This document shows, one piece after another, positions 1-9,885 of a stretch of 59,593 bases of DNA. This DNA is from Chloroflexota bacterium (GTDB lineage Bacteria; Chloroflexota; Anaerolineae; J102), in contig JAADGC010000132.1 in the NCBI GenBank assembly GCA_013152585.1, positions 1 to 59,593 of the forward strand. The letters run 5' to 3'. The notes below the pieces were generated by a model, which worked only from the letters and a program-made list of their open reading frames with translations, ran no database searches and had not been told where the DNA came from. Every line of letters begins with the position of its first letter. Position 1 is the first letter of the stretch. A program made the position numbers and the translations under genes.

Positions 1-1350
1 AACATTCTGGCTGGGGTACACCAGCCAGATCAGGGAAAGATATTGATCGACGGTCGGGAAGTGACTGTACCCAACCCTCATGCTTCCCAACAGCTTGGTC
101 TAGCTTTCATATTTCAGGAATTAAGCATTGTTGATGGCCTGTCCGTGGCCGAAAATATCGTCTTGGGTCAGGAACCCAAACGTGGGCCATTTTTCGACTT
201 TCCCACCGCTCAGCAAGGCGCCCACCGAGTACTCAGTACAATCGGTTTTGATCACATAGATGCCAGTGCTCTGGTAGGAACCCTGTCGGTAGCAGAGAAG
301 CAGGCGATTATGATTGCCCGCGCCTTATACCTGGAAGCCCGCGTCATCGTCATGGATGAGGCCACCTCTCCTTTGGATGTTGATGAAGTCGAAGATCTGT
401 TCAAGGTCATTCGCCAACTCAAGGCGCACGGGAAAGGAATTGTCTTCATTTCCCACCGTATGAGCGAGATATTCGAGATTGCAGACCGGGTGACAACCTT
501 TAAGGATGGTCGCAGAGTGGGAACTCACTCGATTGATGAGATTACGGAACGAGACCTGGTGCGCCTGATGGTTGGGCGACAAGTCAATGTGCGTTTCCCG
601 CCCAAAACCCGTCAGTCTGGCAAGGTGATCCTTAAAGCCAGCCATTTAGAAAACGCCACCCTGCATGATGTCAGTCTTGAATTGCGCCGGGGCGAAATCC
701 TGGCGCTGGCAGGCCTGGTTGGCTCAGGACGGACGGAACTACTCCGGGCCATTTTTGGCGCTGACAAGTTGTGGGAAGGACACATAGAAATCGAGGGAAA
801 AACGCTCACCCTGCACTCAACCAGCCAGGCCATCCAGGCCGGCATTGCCCTGGTGCCAGAGGATAGACGTAATCAAGGAATTATCGTCAAACAGTCGGTG
901 GGTCGAAACTTGACCACCGTATGGGCTATGTTTCCATTCCTGCGAAGATATGGTGATAAAAAAGAAGATCAGGTTGCGGAACTGCTGGTAGAGCACCTGC
1001 AGATTAAGACCCCTTCACTTCAGCAGATAATTGCTTACTTAAGCGGGGGAAATCAGCAAAAAGTGGTGGTTGGAAAATGGCTGGCGTTGGAGTCGAAAAT
1101 ATTGCTCCTCGATGAACCTACGCGGGGGATTGATGTGGGAGCAAAAATAGAGCTGTATCACTTAATCCATAAATTGGCTTGTGATGGCATGGGAGTCATT
1201 CTGGTATCATCCGAGTTGCCCGAAGTGCTGGGGATGGCCGATCGCATTTTAGTGATGCGGGCAGGAAAAATCGTTGGTGAACTGGATGGTAATGCCACCG
1301 AAGAAGATGTAATTGCCAAGTCTATGTTAACTCAGGAACTTGCCGTATGA
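1..1350 (+). CDS. Monosaccharide ABC importer ATP-binding protein with two fused NBDs (RbsA/MglA/XylG type); 5' end cut by window edge
   Basis: Frame 1 is open from base 1 (NILAGVHQPDQGKILIDGREV...), so the ORF-track start at 43 is artificial. NBD1 signature/Walker B: LSVAEKQAIMIARAL / VIVMDEATSPLD. NBD2 Walker A GLVGSGRTELLRAIFG, signature LSGGNQQKVVVGKWL, Walker B ILLLDEPTRGIDVGA. Confidence 0.9.
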   Translation, partial: NILAGVHQPDQGKILIDGREVTVPNPHASQQLGLAFIFQELSIVDGLSVAENIVLGQEPKRGPFFDFPTAQQGAHRVLSTIGFDHIDASALVGTLSVAEKQAIMIARALYLEARVIVMDEATSPLDVDEVEDLFKVIRQLKAHGKGIVFISHRMSEIFEIADRVTTFKDGRRVGTHSIDEITERDLVRLMVGRQVNVRFPPKTRQSGKVILKASHLENATLHDVSLELRRGEILALAGLVGSGRTELLRAIFGADKLWEGHIEIEGKTLTLHSTSQAIQAGIALVPEDRRNQGIIVKQSVGRNLTTVWAMFPFLRRYGDKKEDQVAELLVEHLQIKTPSLQQIIAYLSGGNQQKVVVGKWLALESKILLLDEPTRGIDVGAKIELYHLIHKLACDGMGVILVSSELPEVLGMADRILVMRAGKIVGELDGNATEEDVIAKSMLTQELAV

Positions 1351-2432
1351 TTAACCAAATCAGTCTCCCAAACCGGACAAATGTTTTGCGCTGGCTCACC
1401 AAAGATCGCCAGAGATTGCAAACACTCATTACATTAGCCGTCCTCATTTTGATGCTGGTGGGCTTTTCCAGCCAGAGTGATCGCTTTTTTGAGGTCACAA
1501 ATCTACTCAACGTTGCCCGCAGAATCTCGCCCCTGGTAATCGTGAGCAGTGCCGTGACGCTGGTCATGATTGCTCGTGGCCTCGACCTGTCGGTCGGTAG
1601 CATTATTGCGGCGACATCTGTATTTGCCGCCTACTTTGCTTCGAGTGGAATTCCGTTGTGGATAGCCTATCTTGGCGCTATCTCCCTGGGCACACTCTTC
1701 GGTGCGATCAATGCCTTCGTTATTGTGCGGATGCGGGTGAGTCCCATCATCGCCACACTCGGCACTTTGAATATTGCTCGAGGTATGGCTTACCTGATAT
1801 CATCCAGCGCCATTTTGGTCGGATTGCCAGAGAGTTGGGATTGGATCGGCACTTCGTATATCGGCCCCATTCCAACTTCGGTTGTGATTGCCGCCGTGGT
1901 CTTTATCGCCTTTCAGGTTGTCCTGACCAAAACGATATTTGGACGACACGTGTACGCCATCGGCGGAAACGAGGAAACCGCCCGGCTGTCTGGCGTCAAC
2001 GTAGAGCGACAGTTGACCATTCTTTACATCGTAACCGGCACGATGACCGCTCTGGCAGCGATAGTGCTTTCATCGCGACTGGGCAGCGGCGACCCCAACA
2101 TAGGCGTAGGCTTTGAATTTGAAGTGATTGTGGCCATTATCCTGGGGGGTACAAGTTTGGCGGGGGGAGAGGGCAGGCTTACCGGCACGCTTATCGGCGC
2201 TTTTATTGTAGGATTTTTGGGTAATGGCTTGAACTTGGCCGGGGTAGAACCCTTCTGGCAGTATATTGCCCAGGGTGTTGTCCTGATCTTTGCGATGGTC
2301 CTGGATCGGTTTGTGAATAATTTAGTGCTTTCTTTCTCTACGAGCCGCGACACAAGTAAAAAGCTGCATACATCCAAACAGAAATTAGATGCTTCTGTTG
2401 AAATGCAGGATCAACAAGTGAGGGAGATTTAA
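1347..2432 (+). CDS. ABC importer permease, RbsC/AraH type
   Basis: ATGA stop/start overlap with the ATPase gene. The 361-aa product is very hydrophobic with many TM stretches and carries the GGTSLAGGEGRLTGTLIGAF motif typical of ribose/xylose-type permeases. Confidence 0.85.
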   Translation: MINQISLPNRTNVLRWLTKDRQRLQTLITLAVLILMLVGFSSQSDRFFEVTNLLNVARRISPLVIVSSAVTLVMIARGLDLSVGSIIAATSVFAAYFASSGIPLWIAYLGAISLGTLFGAINAFVIVRMRVSPIIATLGTLNIARGMAYLISSSAILVGLPESWDWIGTSYIGPIPTSVVIAAVVFIAFQVVLTKTIFGRHVYAIGGNEETARLSGVNVERQLTILYIVTGTMTALAAIVLSSRLGSGDPNIGVGFEFEVIVAIILGGTSLAGGEGRLTGTLIGAFIVGFLGNGLNLAGVEPFWQYIAQGVVLIFAMVLDRFVNNLVLSFSTSRDTSKKLHTSKQKLDASVEMQDQQVREI

Positions 2433-3613
2433 TGATGTCTGATCGAGTTCGCATACAACGCTGTCATGATGCTTTACAAAAGGCCGGTCTGGATGCTCTG
2501 GTTTGCCGGCTACCGGAAAATATCGTGATGCTGACCGGCTACTGGCCGATGAATGGTTTTGCCTTCTTGATTTTTCCGTCGGAAAACGATCCGGTCTTGA
2601 TTGCGCCGGTTCCGGAGGAAGAATTGGCTAATGACAGTTGGGTCAAGGATGTGCGGCTATTTAAGTGGGGCCTGGTAGATAGCGGCGACCCCTACGAAAG
2701 CATCGGCAAATTATTGCAGGGAGCCGCAGCCGACCTGGGCCTTCAGGGCAAGCGCGTGGGCTATGAGGGCAGCTTTGAATTTGTGGCCGCCCCTTATGTG
2801 GGTGCTGAACCAAGCGTGTTCTCTCAGGTAACGCTGAACCTCTATCAACAGGCTTTTGGCGATAATCTCGTAGATGCCACGTCACTCATACACAAGCAGC
2901 GACTTTATAAAACAGAGGCTGAAATCGAACGACTGCGTATAGTCAATGATGTCGCTCGCATGGGCCTAAAAGCTTTTGCCGAACAGGTAGTTCCCGGCAA
3001 AAGTGAAATTGAAATTGTCGCCGCCGTCGAGTCGGCCATTATGCAAGGTGGCACGGGCTACAAAGGCGTCAAAGTTGCCAGAGCCTGGGCCTCGGTGATG
3101 TCAGGCCCGCGAGCAGCGGCAGCCTATAAACCGCATTTGCTCTCAACGCAACGCCGGTTGGAACCGGGTGATATGGCTTTGCTGGAGCTGGCCACCGTTG
3201 CCGATGGCTGGTGGTCTGACCTGACTCGTACACGCGTTGCCGGCAACCCCAGCGTAGCCGACCTTGAGAAGTGGCGGACGGTTGTCGAAGCGCAAAGAGC
3301 CGCCCTCGATGCTATTAAGCCTGGTGTGATGGCTTGTGCCGTGGATAAGGCCGCCCGCGACCTTATCGAGGCTCGGGGTCTGGGCCAGTATTTTATTCAC
3401 CATACCGGTCATGGCCTGGGGTTGCGGTACCACGAAGCGGAACCATTTCTGCATCCGGCGGTAGAGACCTGTTTAGAGCCGGGGATGGTTTCGTCCGTTG
3501 AGCCCGGCATTTACATCGAAGGCTGGGGGGGAATGCGCTGTGAGGACAATATTGTGGTTACAGAGACCGGCGTAGAAATCCTTTCCGAATTTTCTCGTAG
3601 CCTCGCCGGCTAA
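2432..3613 (+). CDS. M24-family metallohydrolase (Xaa-Pro dipeptidase / creatinase-like)
   Basis: Creatinase-type N-domain plus pita-bread C-domain. Metal-ligand contexts: DLTRT, HHTGHGLGLRYHE, SVEPGIY, MRCEDNIVVT. TAATG overlap with the permease stop. Confidence 0.85.
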   Translation: MMSDRVRIQRCHDALQKAGLDALVCRLPENIVMLTGYWPMNGFAFLIFPSENDPVLIAPVPEEELANDSWVKDVRLFKWGLVDSGDPYESIGKLLQGAAADLGLQGKRVGYEGSFEFVAAPYVGAEPSVFSQVTLNLYQQAFGDNLVDATSLIHKQRLYKTEAEIERLRIVNDVARMGLKAFAEQVVPGKSEIEIVAAVESAIMQGGTGYKGVKVARAWASVMSGPRAAAAYKPHLLSTQRRLEPGDMALLELATVADGWWSDLTRTRVAGNPSVADLEKWRTVVEAQRAALDAIKPGVMACAVDKAARDLIEARGLGQYFIHHTGHGLGLRYHEAEPFLHPAVETCLEPGMVSSVEPGIYIEGWGGMRCEDNIVVTETGVEILSEFSRSLAG

Positions 3614-3666
3614 CGGTCTAACAATCTTAGCAAGGTATCAGCATCACAAAAAAAGGAGATACAACC

Positions 3667-4449
3667 ATGAAACTTGCAGGCAAAAAAGCCGTTGTCACCG
3701 GTGGCGCTGCCGGAATCGGACGCAGCATTGCCCTGGCTCTGGCCAACGAGGGCGCAGATGTGGCCATTGCCGATCTTCAAACCGAAAAGGCCAACGCCGT
3801 AGCCCGGGAAATTGAAAGCAAAGGTCGCTGCAGTCTGGTGCTTACTTGCGATGTCGGCGACTCCGCCCAGGTAGATAAAATGATGGCCGATGCCTTCGAG
3901 GGATTGGGGGGTTTACATATCCTGGTCAACAATGCTGCCATTATTTCTCAGGATTCATTTTGGGAAATTACGGATGACGTGTGGCACAAAATTATTCGCA
4001 ATAATCTTTCCAGCGTATTTTTCTGCTCACGAGCGGCAGCTCGCTTGATGATTAAACAGCAGCAAGGCGGGCGGATTATTAATATGTCGTCCATCCACGC
4101 TACCTTGTCCGAACCAAATGCCGGCCCATATACGGCAGCTAAAGGGGGCGTCGAGGCCTTCTCCCGGACAATGGCCACTGAATTAGCACCGTATAAAATT
4201 CTGGTTAACTGTATCGCCCCCGGAGCCACCTATTCAGAACTGACCACCCCCATGTACACCGAGTCTGTCAAAAAAGCCCTGTTTATGCGTGTGCCTCTCA
4301 AGGAAATCGCCCAGCCTGAATGGATTGCGGCCGGAGTTGTGTTCGTGGCATCCGATGATGCCCGTTACATGACCGGGCAGGTGCTAACGTTAGATGGGGG
4401 CTATGTGATGGATGGTAGTCTGCCTGGAGCCGAATACTGGACCAAGTAG
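3667..4449 (+). CDS. SDR-family oxidoreductase (classical)
   Basis: TGGAAGIGRSIA cofactor motif, NNAA, catalytic Y-x3-K in YTAAKGG. AGGAGA RBS 6-7 nt upstream. Confidence 0.9.
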   Translation: MKLAGKKAVVTGGAAGIGRSIALALANEGADVAIADLQTEKANAVAREIESKGRCSLVLTCDVGDSAQVDKMMADAFEGLGGLHILVNNAAIISQDSFWEITDDVWHKIIRNNLSSVFFCSRAAARLMIKQQQGGRIINMSSIHATLSEPNAGPYTAAKGGVEAFSRTMATELAPYKILVNCIAPGATYSELTTPMYTESVKKALFMRVPLKEIAQPEWIAAGVVFVASDDARYMTGQVLTLDGGYVMDGSLPGAEYWTK

Positions 4450-4504
4450 GATATGTGTTGTATATCGCCGCTTACTCATTGCTGACCTGAACAGGTAACC
4501 GACT

Positions 4505-5614
4505 ATGACCTTTAGAAAACCACGCAACCACGGCTGTCGCATTAGCGACGACTGGACCTATAAAGGGATGCGTACCGTTGTTTTGGAAAACGAACTATTA
4601 CGGGTGACGATCTTGGTGGATAAGGGCAGTGATATCGTTGAATTTCGTTATAAGCCACTTGATCTGGATTTTCTCCACTATGCCCCTGGCGGGATTCGAA
4701 ACCCCACTCGCGAAACGCCTTCGGCCTACTCGACCAGCCCCTTTTTGGATTTTTTTAGTGGCGGCTGGAATGAAATCTTGCCCAACGGCGGCCCGTTTGT
4801 CACCTACAAGGGAGCTGATTTGGGACAGCACGGCGAGATAAGCCTGATCCCGTGGGATTACGCCATCGTTGAGGATAGGCCGGAACGGGTTGCGGTTCGT
4901 CTTTGGGTGCGGCCCCTCCGAACCCCCTTCTTTTTGGAAAAGACCCTTATGATGGAGCCAGAACGGCCTGTACTCCATATCAGCGAGACCTTGGTGAACG
5001 AAGCAGGCGAACCGGTGCACCTGATGTGGGGGCACCATATTGCCTTTGGCCGACCCTTTCTGGATGAGGGCGCAGTGATTGATACCCCGGCTCGACGTTT
5101 CATCGTGCATGGTCACATGCAAGATTTTGAGCCGCGCCGCTTCAAACCCGAGGCGCAGGGACATTGGCCCCATATCGAAGCCGCTGACGGCACAGCTTTG
5201 GCCGACGCCAGCATAGTTCCGGCCTACGGGACATTTCAGGCGCAAGAAATGGCTTATCTCACAGATTTGACGGATGGCTGGTATGCCATAACGAATACGG
5301 CCAAAGAAGTTGGTTTTGCCATCCACTTTGATCCAGAGCTATTCCGATACGTGTGGTACTGGCAGCAGCTTGGTGATGTTGCCCAAGGCTATCCCTGGTG
5401 GGGGCGAACACATACCGCCGCCCTGGAGCCGTGGACAAGCTACCCCACCGGCGGCCTGCAACAGGCTATTGCCAACAAGACAGCGCTGCTTTTACAGCCG
5501 GGCCAACAAATTGAAACCACCCTGACCGCAATTGCCTATCAAGGACTGACACGTGTTCACGACGTATCGGCAGATGGTCAGGTGCGTGGTAGCAAGAGAC
5601 AAGAAACATCCTAG
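4505..5614 (+). CDS. Aldose-1-epimerase-fold protein (DUF4432-like)
   Basis: 369 aa. VVLENELLRVTILVDKGSDIVEFRY and GGWNEILPNGG...GQHGE recall the DUF4432 / galactose-mutarotase-like family seen in sugar operons. The assignment is by recollection only. Confidence 0.55.
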   Translation: MTFRKPRNHGCRISDDWTYKGMRTVVLENELLRVTILVDKGSDIVEFRYKPLDLDFLHYAPGGIRNPTRETPSAYSTSPFLDFFSGGWNEILPNGGPFVTYKGADLGQHGEISLIPWDYAIVEDRPERVAVRLWVRPLRTPFFLEKTLMMEPERPVLHISETLVNEAGEPVHLMWGHHIAFGRPFLDEGAVIDTPARRFIVHGHMQDFEPRRFKPEAQGHWPHIEAADGTALADASIVPAYGTFQAQEMAYLTDLTDGWYAITNTAKEVGFAIHFDPELFRYVWYWQQLGDVAQGYPWWGRTHTAALEPWTSYPTGGLQQAIANKTALLLQPGQQIETTLTAIAYQGLTRVHDVSADGQVRGSKRQETS

Positions 5615-5622
5615 AGGGATAA

Positions 5623-6444
5623 ATGGAAAATCCGCATTACTTGAAAGAATGGTATAATTTTAGCGGCCAAACCATCCTGGTCACCGGCGGGGCTGGTGTG
5701 CTGGGAAGCGCCATAAGTCGGGCGCTGGTCCACGCCGGCGCGAATGTGGTGATACTTGATCTGAGTCTGGCTTCCCTGGCCGATGATCCAGACCTAACCC
5801 AAATCACCGCTATTCAAACCGACGTGCTGGATGTCGCCAGCCTACGTCATGCCGCCGAGCAGGTTCTGACTCAATTCGGCCGGATTGATGGCGTGGTCAA
5901 TGCTGCCGGCGGCAACAAGCCCCAGGCCACCGCCAGCGCCGAGCATTCATTTTTCGACCTGCCTCCAGAGGCCATCCGCTGGGTTGGCAACCTGAATTTA
6001 ATTGGCACCATCTTACCCTGTCAGATTTTTGGCCAGGTGATGGCCCGGCAGCAGGCCGGGGTTATTCTGAACATCGCCTCCATCGCCGGGCTGCGCCCAC
6101 TCACCCGCACCCCGGCCTACTGCGCCGCCAAAGCCGCTGTCGGCAACTTTACCCAGTGGCTGGCTGTGCATTTGGCCCAGGAATACTCACCACAAATCCG
6201 GGTCAATGCCCTGGCTCCCGGCTTTTTCCTGACTACCCAAAACCACTATCTGCTGATTGACCCAGAAACGCAGACGCTTACGAGGCGCGGCCAGACCATT
6301 ATCGGTCACACACCCATGGGCCGGTTTGGCGACCCCAAAGAATTGGTGGGCGCGGCTTTATGGCTGCTCTCGCCCGCTTCGTCATTTGTTACCGGCGCCG
6401 TGATTCCGGTAGATGGCGGCTTTACGGCCTTCAGCGGAGTATGA
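5623..6444 (+). CDS. SDR-family oxidoreductase
   Basis: TGGAGVLGSAIS, NAAG, Y-x3-K in YCAAKAA, C-terminal IPVDGG. Confidence 0.85.
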   Translation: MENPHYLKEWYNFSGQTILVTGGAGVLGSAISRALVHAGANVVILDLSLASLADDPDLTQITAIQTDVLDVASLRHAAEQVLTQFGRIDGVVNAAGGNKPQATASAEHSFFDLPPEAIRWVGNLNLIGTILPCQIFGQVMARQQAGVILNIASIAGLRPLTRTPAYCAAKAAVGNFTQWLAVHLAQEYSPQIRVNALAPGFFLTTQNHYLLIDPETQTLTRRGQTIIGHTPMGRFGDPKELVGAALWLLSPASSFVTGAVIPVDGGFTAFSGV

Positions 6445-6493
6445 CCCCGGCAGCAGTAGTGGCTTGCTACGACCTTGAATTGAAGGAGATAAT

Positions 6494-7495
6494 ATGACTC
6501 AAACAGTGAATCAGCCAGCAGTCACCGTCCCGTCTAACGAACTGGAAAAATGGATGCACATGTACCAACAAATGCTCATTATTCGTCTCTTTGAAGAGCA
6601 GGTGAACGAGCTATACCAGACCGGCCAGATGCCGGGGCTGGCTCATCTTTACAGCGGCGAAGAGGCGGTGGCGGTGGGCATGTGCGAGGCGCTGCGGCAC
6701 GATGATTACATTACCAGCACCCATCGCGGGCATGGCCACTGCCTGGCCAAAGGAGCCAAAGTAGACCGTATGTTTGCCGAGTTGTTGGGCAAAGCGGCCG
6801 GCTACTGCCGGGGCAAAGGCGGGAGTATGCACATTGCCGACCCCGTCAGCGGCAACCTGGGCGCTAACGCCATCGTCGGCGGCAGTGCTGGCATTGCCAC
6901 CGGAGCCGGGCTGTCGGCCCAACAGCGCCACACCGACCAAGTGGCGGTCTGTTTTTTTGGCGAAGGCGCTTTAGGGCAGGGGGTGATTTACGAAGTGATG
7001 AATATGGCCTCGCTCTGGAAACTGCCGGTTATTTACGTGTGCGAAAACAATCTCTACAGCGAGTACACCGGCTACAAAGAAGTGACCGCTGGTAGCATTG
7101 TCGACCGTCCCAAAGCTTTTGGCATCCACACCGAAGAGGTGGACGGCCAGGACGTGCGCCAGGTTCATGAAACCGCGCTGCATTTGGTAGAGCAGGCGCG
7201 GCGGCACCAGGGTCCTGCCTTCCTTCTTTGCAACACCTACCGCTACTACGGCCATCATGTGGGCGATATCAACCGTTCATACTACCGCCCCAAAGAAGAA
7301 GAGCAGTACTGGCGGGATGAACGAGATCCACTGAAAATCCTCAGCCAATGGCTGATTGGCCAAAAAATGGCCGAGCCACTAATGTTTGAACAAATCCAGC
7401 AAGAAGTGAATCAAATCGTTGAGCATGGCGTGCGCTTTGCCCAAAACGCCCCCTATCCCGACCCCAGCGAGGTGAGTCGCCATGTCTATGCCTAG
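6494..7495 (+). CDS. TPP-dependent 2-oxoacid/acetoin dehydrogenase E1 alpha subunit (copy 1)
   Basis: TSTHRGHGHCLAKG, GKGGSMH, TPP fold GEGALGQGVIYEVMNMASLWKLPVIYVCENNLY, YRYYGHHVGD. Confidence 0.9.
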   Translation: MTQTVNQPAVTVPSNELEKWMHMYQQMLIIRLFEEQVNELYQTGQMPGLAHLYSGEEAVAVGMCEALRHDDYITSTHRGHGHCLAKGAKVDRMFAELLGKAAGYCRGKGGSMHIADPVSGNLGANAIVGGSAGIATGAGLSAQQRHTDQVAVCFFGEGALGQGVIYEVMNMASLWKLPVIYVCENNLYSEYTGYKEVTAGSIVDRPKAFGIHTEEVDGQDVRQVHETALHLVEQARRHQGPAFLLCNTYRYYGHHVGDINRSYYRPKEEEQYWRDERDPLKILSQWLIGQKMAEPLMFEQIQQEVNQIVEHGVRFAQNAPYPDPSEVSRHVYA

Positions 7496-8504
7496 TCCTG
7501 ATACCCGACATATTACCTTTGCCCAGGCCATCAACGAGGCCCTGGCCGAAGAGATGCGCCGCGACCCCACCATCTTCATCATGGGAGAAGATGTAGCCGA
7601 AGCCGGTACGCCCTTTAAAGTGCTGGCGGGCTTGGTTGATGAATTTGGCACAGCGCGGGTCATCGATACCCCCATTTCCGAACAGGGCTTCTGTGGCATC
7701 GGCGTAGGGGCGGCCATGACCGGTATGCGGCCCGTGATCGACATCATGTTTGGCGACTTCCTGACCCTGGCGATGGATCAGATTGTGAACCAGGCTGCCA
7801 AAATTCACTATATGTCGGGCGGCAAGCTGAAAGTACCGATTGTGTTCCGCACCAACCTGGGCGCAACCCGTCGCTCCGCCGCCCAACATAGCCAGAGCTT
7901 CCAGGCCTGGGTTAGCCACATTCCCGGCCTGAAGGTGGTGTTGCCCACCACCCCCTACGAGGCCAAAGGGCTGCTCAAAAGCGCTATTCGCGACGACAAC
8001 CCCGTGGTATTTATCGAAGATAAGCTCAGTTTTCAACAAAAAGGGCCGGTGCCCACCGCAGAGTATCTGATTCCGTTTGGTCAGGCCGAAATCAAGCGAA
8101 GCGGCAACGACATCACCTTGGTGGCCACCAGCAGCATGGTCGACATAGCCTTGCAGGCCGCCACCCTCCTGGAGGCAGATGGGCTGAGTGCCGAGGTAAT
8201 TGATCCGCGCACCACCCTTCCGCTTGATAAAGAGACCATCATCAACTCAGTCAAAAAAACGAGCCGGGCCATTGTCATCGATGAAGGCTATGAACGATAC
8301 GGCATTACGGCCGAAATCGCCTCGCTGATTGCCGATGAAGCCTTTTACTACCTCGAGGCGCCGGTGAAACGGCTGGGCGCCATGGACGTACCGGTTCCGT
8401 TCTCACCGGTGCTGGAAGACCTGACCGTGCCCACGCCTGAGAAGGTGATCAAGATAGCCCGGCAGTTGTGCGGACGCATCACCACGTCGTTGACGGGAGC
8501 TTGA
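7482..8504 (+). CDS. E1 beta subunit (copy 1)
   Basis: Transketolase-like pyrimidine-binding region IDTPISEQGFCGIGVGAAMTGMRP plus a C-terminal domain. The start overlaps the E1 alpha stop. Confidence 0.9.
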   Translation: MSMPSPDTRHITFAQAINEALAEEMRRDPTIFIMGEDVAEAGTPFKVLAGLVDEFGTARVIDTPISEQGFCGIGVGAAMTGMRPVIDIMFGDFLTLAMDQIVNQAAKIHYMSGGKLKVPIVFRTNLGATRRSAAQHSQSFQAWVSHIPGLKVVLPTTPYEAKGLLKSAIRDDNPVVFIEDKLSFQQKGPVPTAEYLIPFGQAEIKRSGNDITLVATSSMVDIALQAATLLEADGLSAEVIDPRTTLPLDKETIINSVKKTSRAIVIDEGYERYGITAEIASLIADEAFYYLEAPVKRLGAMDVPVPFSPVLEDLTVPTPEKVIKIARQLCGRITTSLTGA

Positions 8505-9820
8505 TGATGGCCAAAAACGTTATTATGCCGGCGCTGGGGATGGCCCAGGAAACAGGCATCCTGCTGCAATGGCTCAGGCAGCCGGGGGAAATCGTGACCA
8601 AGGGCGAAGCACTGATGGAAGTGGAAACAGACAAGGCCACGGTTGAAATTGAGGCCCCCGCCTCCGGAATGCTGCAGAACGTAACCGCCGCTGCCGGCGA
8701 CGAAGTGCCGGTGGGTCAGATCATCGCCGTGATCGTGGCCCCTGGTGAAGCATCGCCGCCGCCGCAAGCTTCCCCCGCCCAGCCGCCGCAGATTGTTACG
8801 TCTGTGGCGGCTGGAGACCCTCCGGCCAAATCACCATCGGTGTCGCCCGTAGCGGCCCGCATCGCCGCCGAAAACAACATTGACGTGCGCGAAATTACGC
8901 CCCAATACGGTACGCGTGTGCAAAAAGCCGATGTGCTGGCCTGGCTGGAAACGGCCCGGGTCGTCCCTACCGCATCTCCCCGGGTGCTGGCTTCCCCCAA
9001 AGCTCGCCGCCTGGCCGCCGAAATCGGTCTGGATTTGGCACTTGTTGCCGGCAGTGGTCCGGCCGGGGCAGTGTCAGCGGCGGATGTGACGGCGGCAGCA
9101 GCGGCGCCGCCGCCCACGCCGGCGGCTGTACCGACGGCAGTCGACGCTGCAACTCTGCCGATGAACAACATCTGGCGGGTAGCCGCCAGGCGGGTGACAG
9201 ACAGTTGGACCACCACACCTCACTTTTATCTCAACCGCGAAGTTGACGCCGGCCAGCTTATCGCCTGGCGACAGGCGGCTCAGGCCCGCCTCGCCGAAAA
9301 AATCACTTTTACCGACCTGCTCACCAAACTGCTTGCACTCACCTTAAGCCAATATCCCCGCCTCAACGGGATGTGGCGGGACGGCGATATTGTATTAAAC
9401 GAAGAGATCAATATCGGGCTGGCCGTAGCAATTGAGGCCGGTCTCACTGTGCCGGTGATTCGCCGGGCCAATCAACTGAGCTTGCAGGAACTGGCCAGGC
9501 AGCGGCAGACGTTGGTGGCCAAAGCGCAGGCCGGCAAACTTTCGGCTCAGGAGCTGAGCGATGGCACGTTTACCATCAGCAATTTGGGCATGTACGGCAT
9601 CGACTCCTTCAGCCCCATCATCAACCCCCCGCAGGCAGCCATTCTGGCCGTGGGGCGCATCGCTGAGCGCGTCGTGGCGGTCAATGGCCGGCCGGTAGTC
9701 CAGCCGCGCATGGCGCTGACCCTCTCGTGCGATCACCGCGTGGTCGACGGCGCCGGCGGCGCTCAGTTTATGCAAACCCTGGTCGAGTTTATTGAGGAGC
9801 CGTTGCGCACTCTAAAGTGA
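8504..9820 (+). CDS. Dihydrolipoamide acyltransferase E2 (copy 1)
   Basis: ATG at 8504 overlaps the E1 beta TGA (the ORF-track GTG at 8468 is probably too early). Lipoyl domain EVETDKATVEIEA. Ala/Pro linkers. Two successive peripheral-subunit-binding-like segments (SPVAARIAAENNIDV and SPKARRLAAEIGLDL). Catalytic CDHRVVDGA. Confidence 0.9.
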   Translation: MMAKNVIMPALGMAQETGILLQWLRQPGEIVTKGEALMEVETDKATVEIEAPASGMLQNVTAAAGDEVPVGQIIAVIVAPGEASPPPQASPAQPPQIVTSVAAGDPPAKSPSVSPVAARIAAENNIDVREITPQYGTRVQKADVLAWLETARVVPTASPRVLASPKARRLAAEIGLDLALVAGSGPAGAVSAADVTAAAAAPPPTPAAVPTAVDAATLPMNNIWRVAARRVTDSWTTTPHFYLNREVDAGQLIAWRQAAQARLAEKITFTDLLTKLLALTLSQYPRLNGMWRDGDIVLNEEINIGLAVAIEAGLTVPVIRRANQLSLQELARQRQTLVAKAQAGKLSAQELSDGTFTISNLGMYGIDSFSPIINPPQAAILAVGRIAERVVAVNGRPVVQPRMALTLSCDHRVVDGAGGAQFMQTLVEFIEEPLRTLK

Positions 9821-9885
9821 AAGATTTATCCCCCAGGATAACGAAAACCATCTCATCCCACAATTCACGAAGGAGCACCACATCC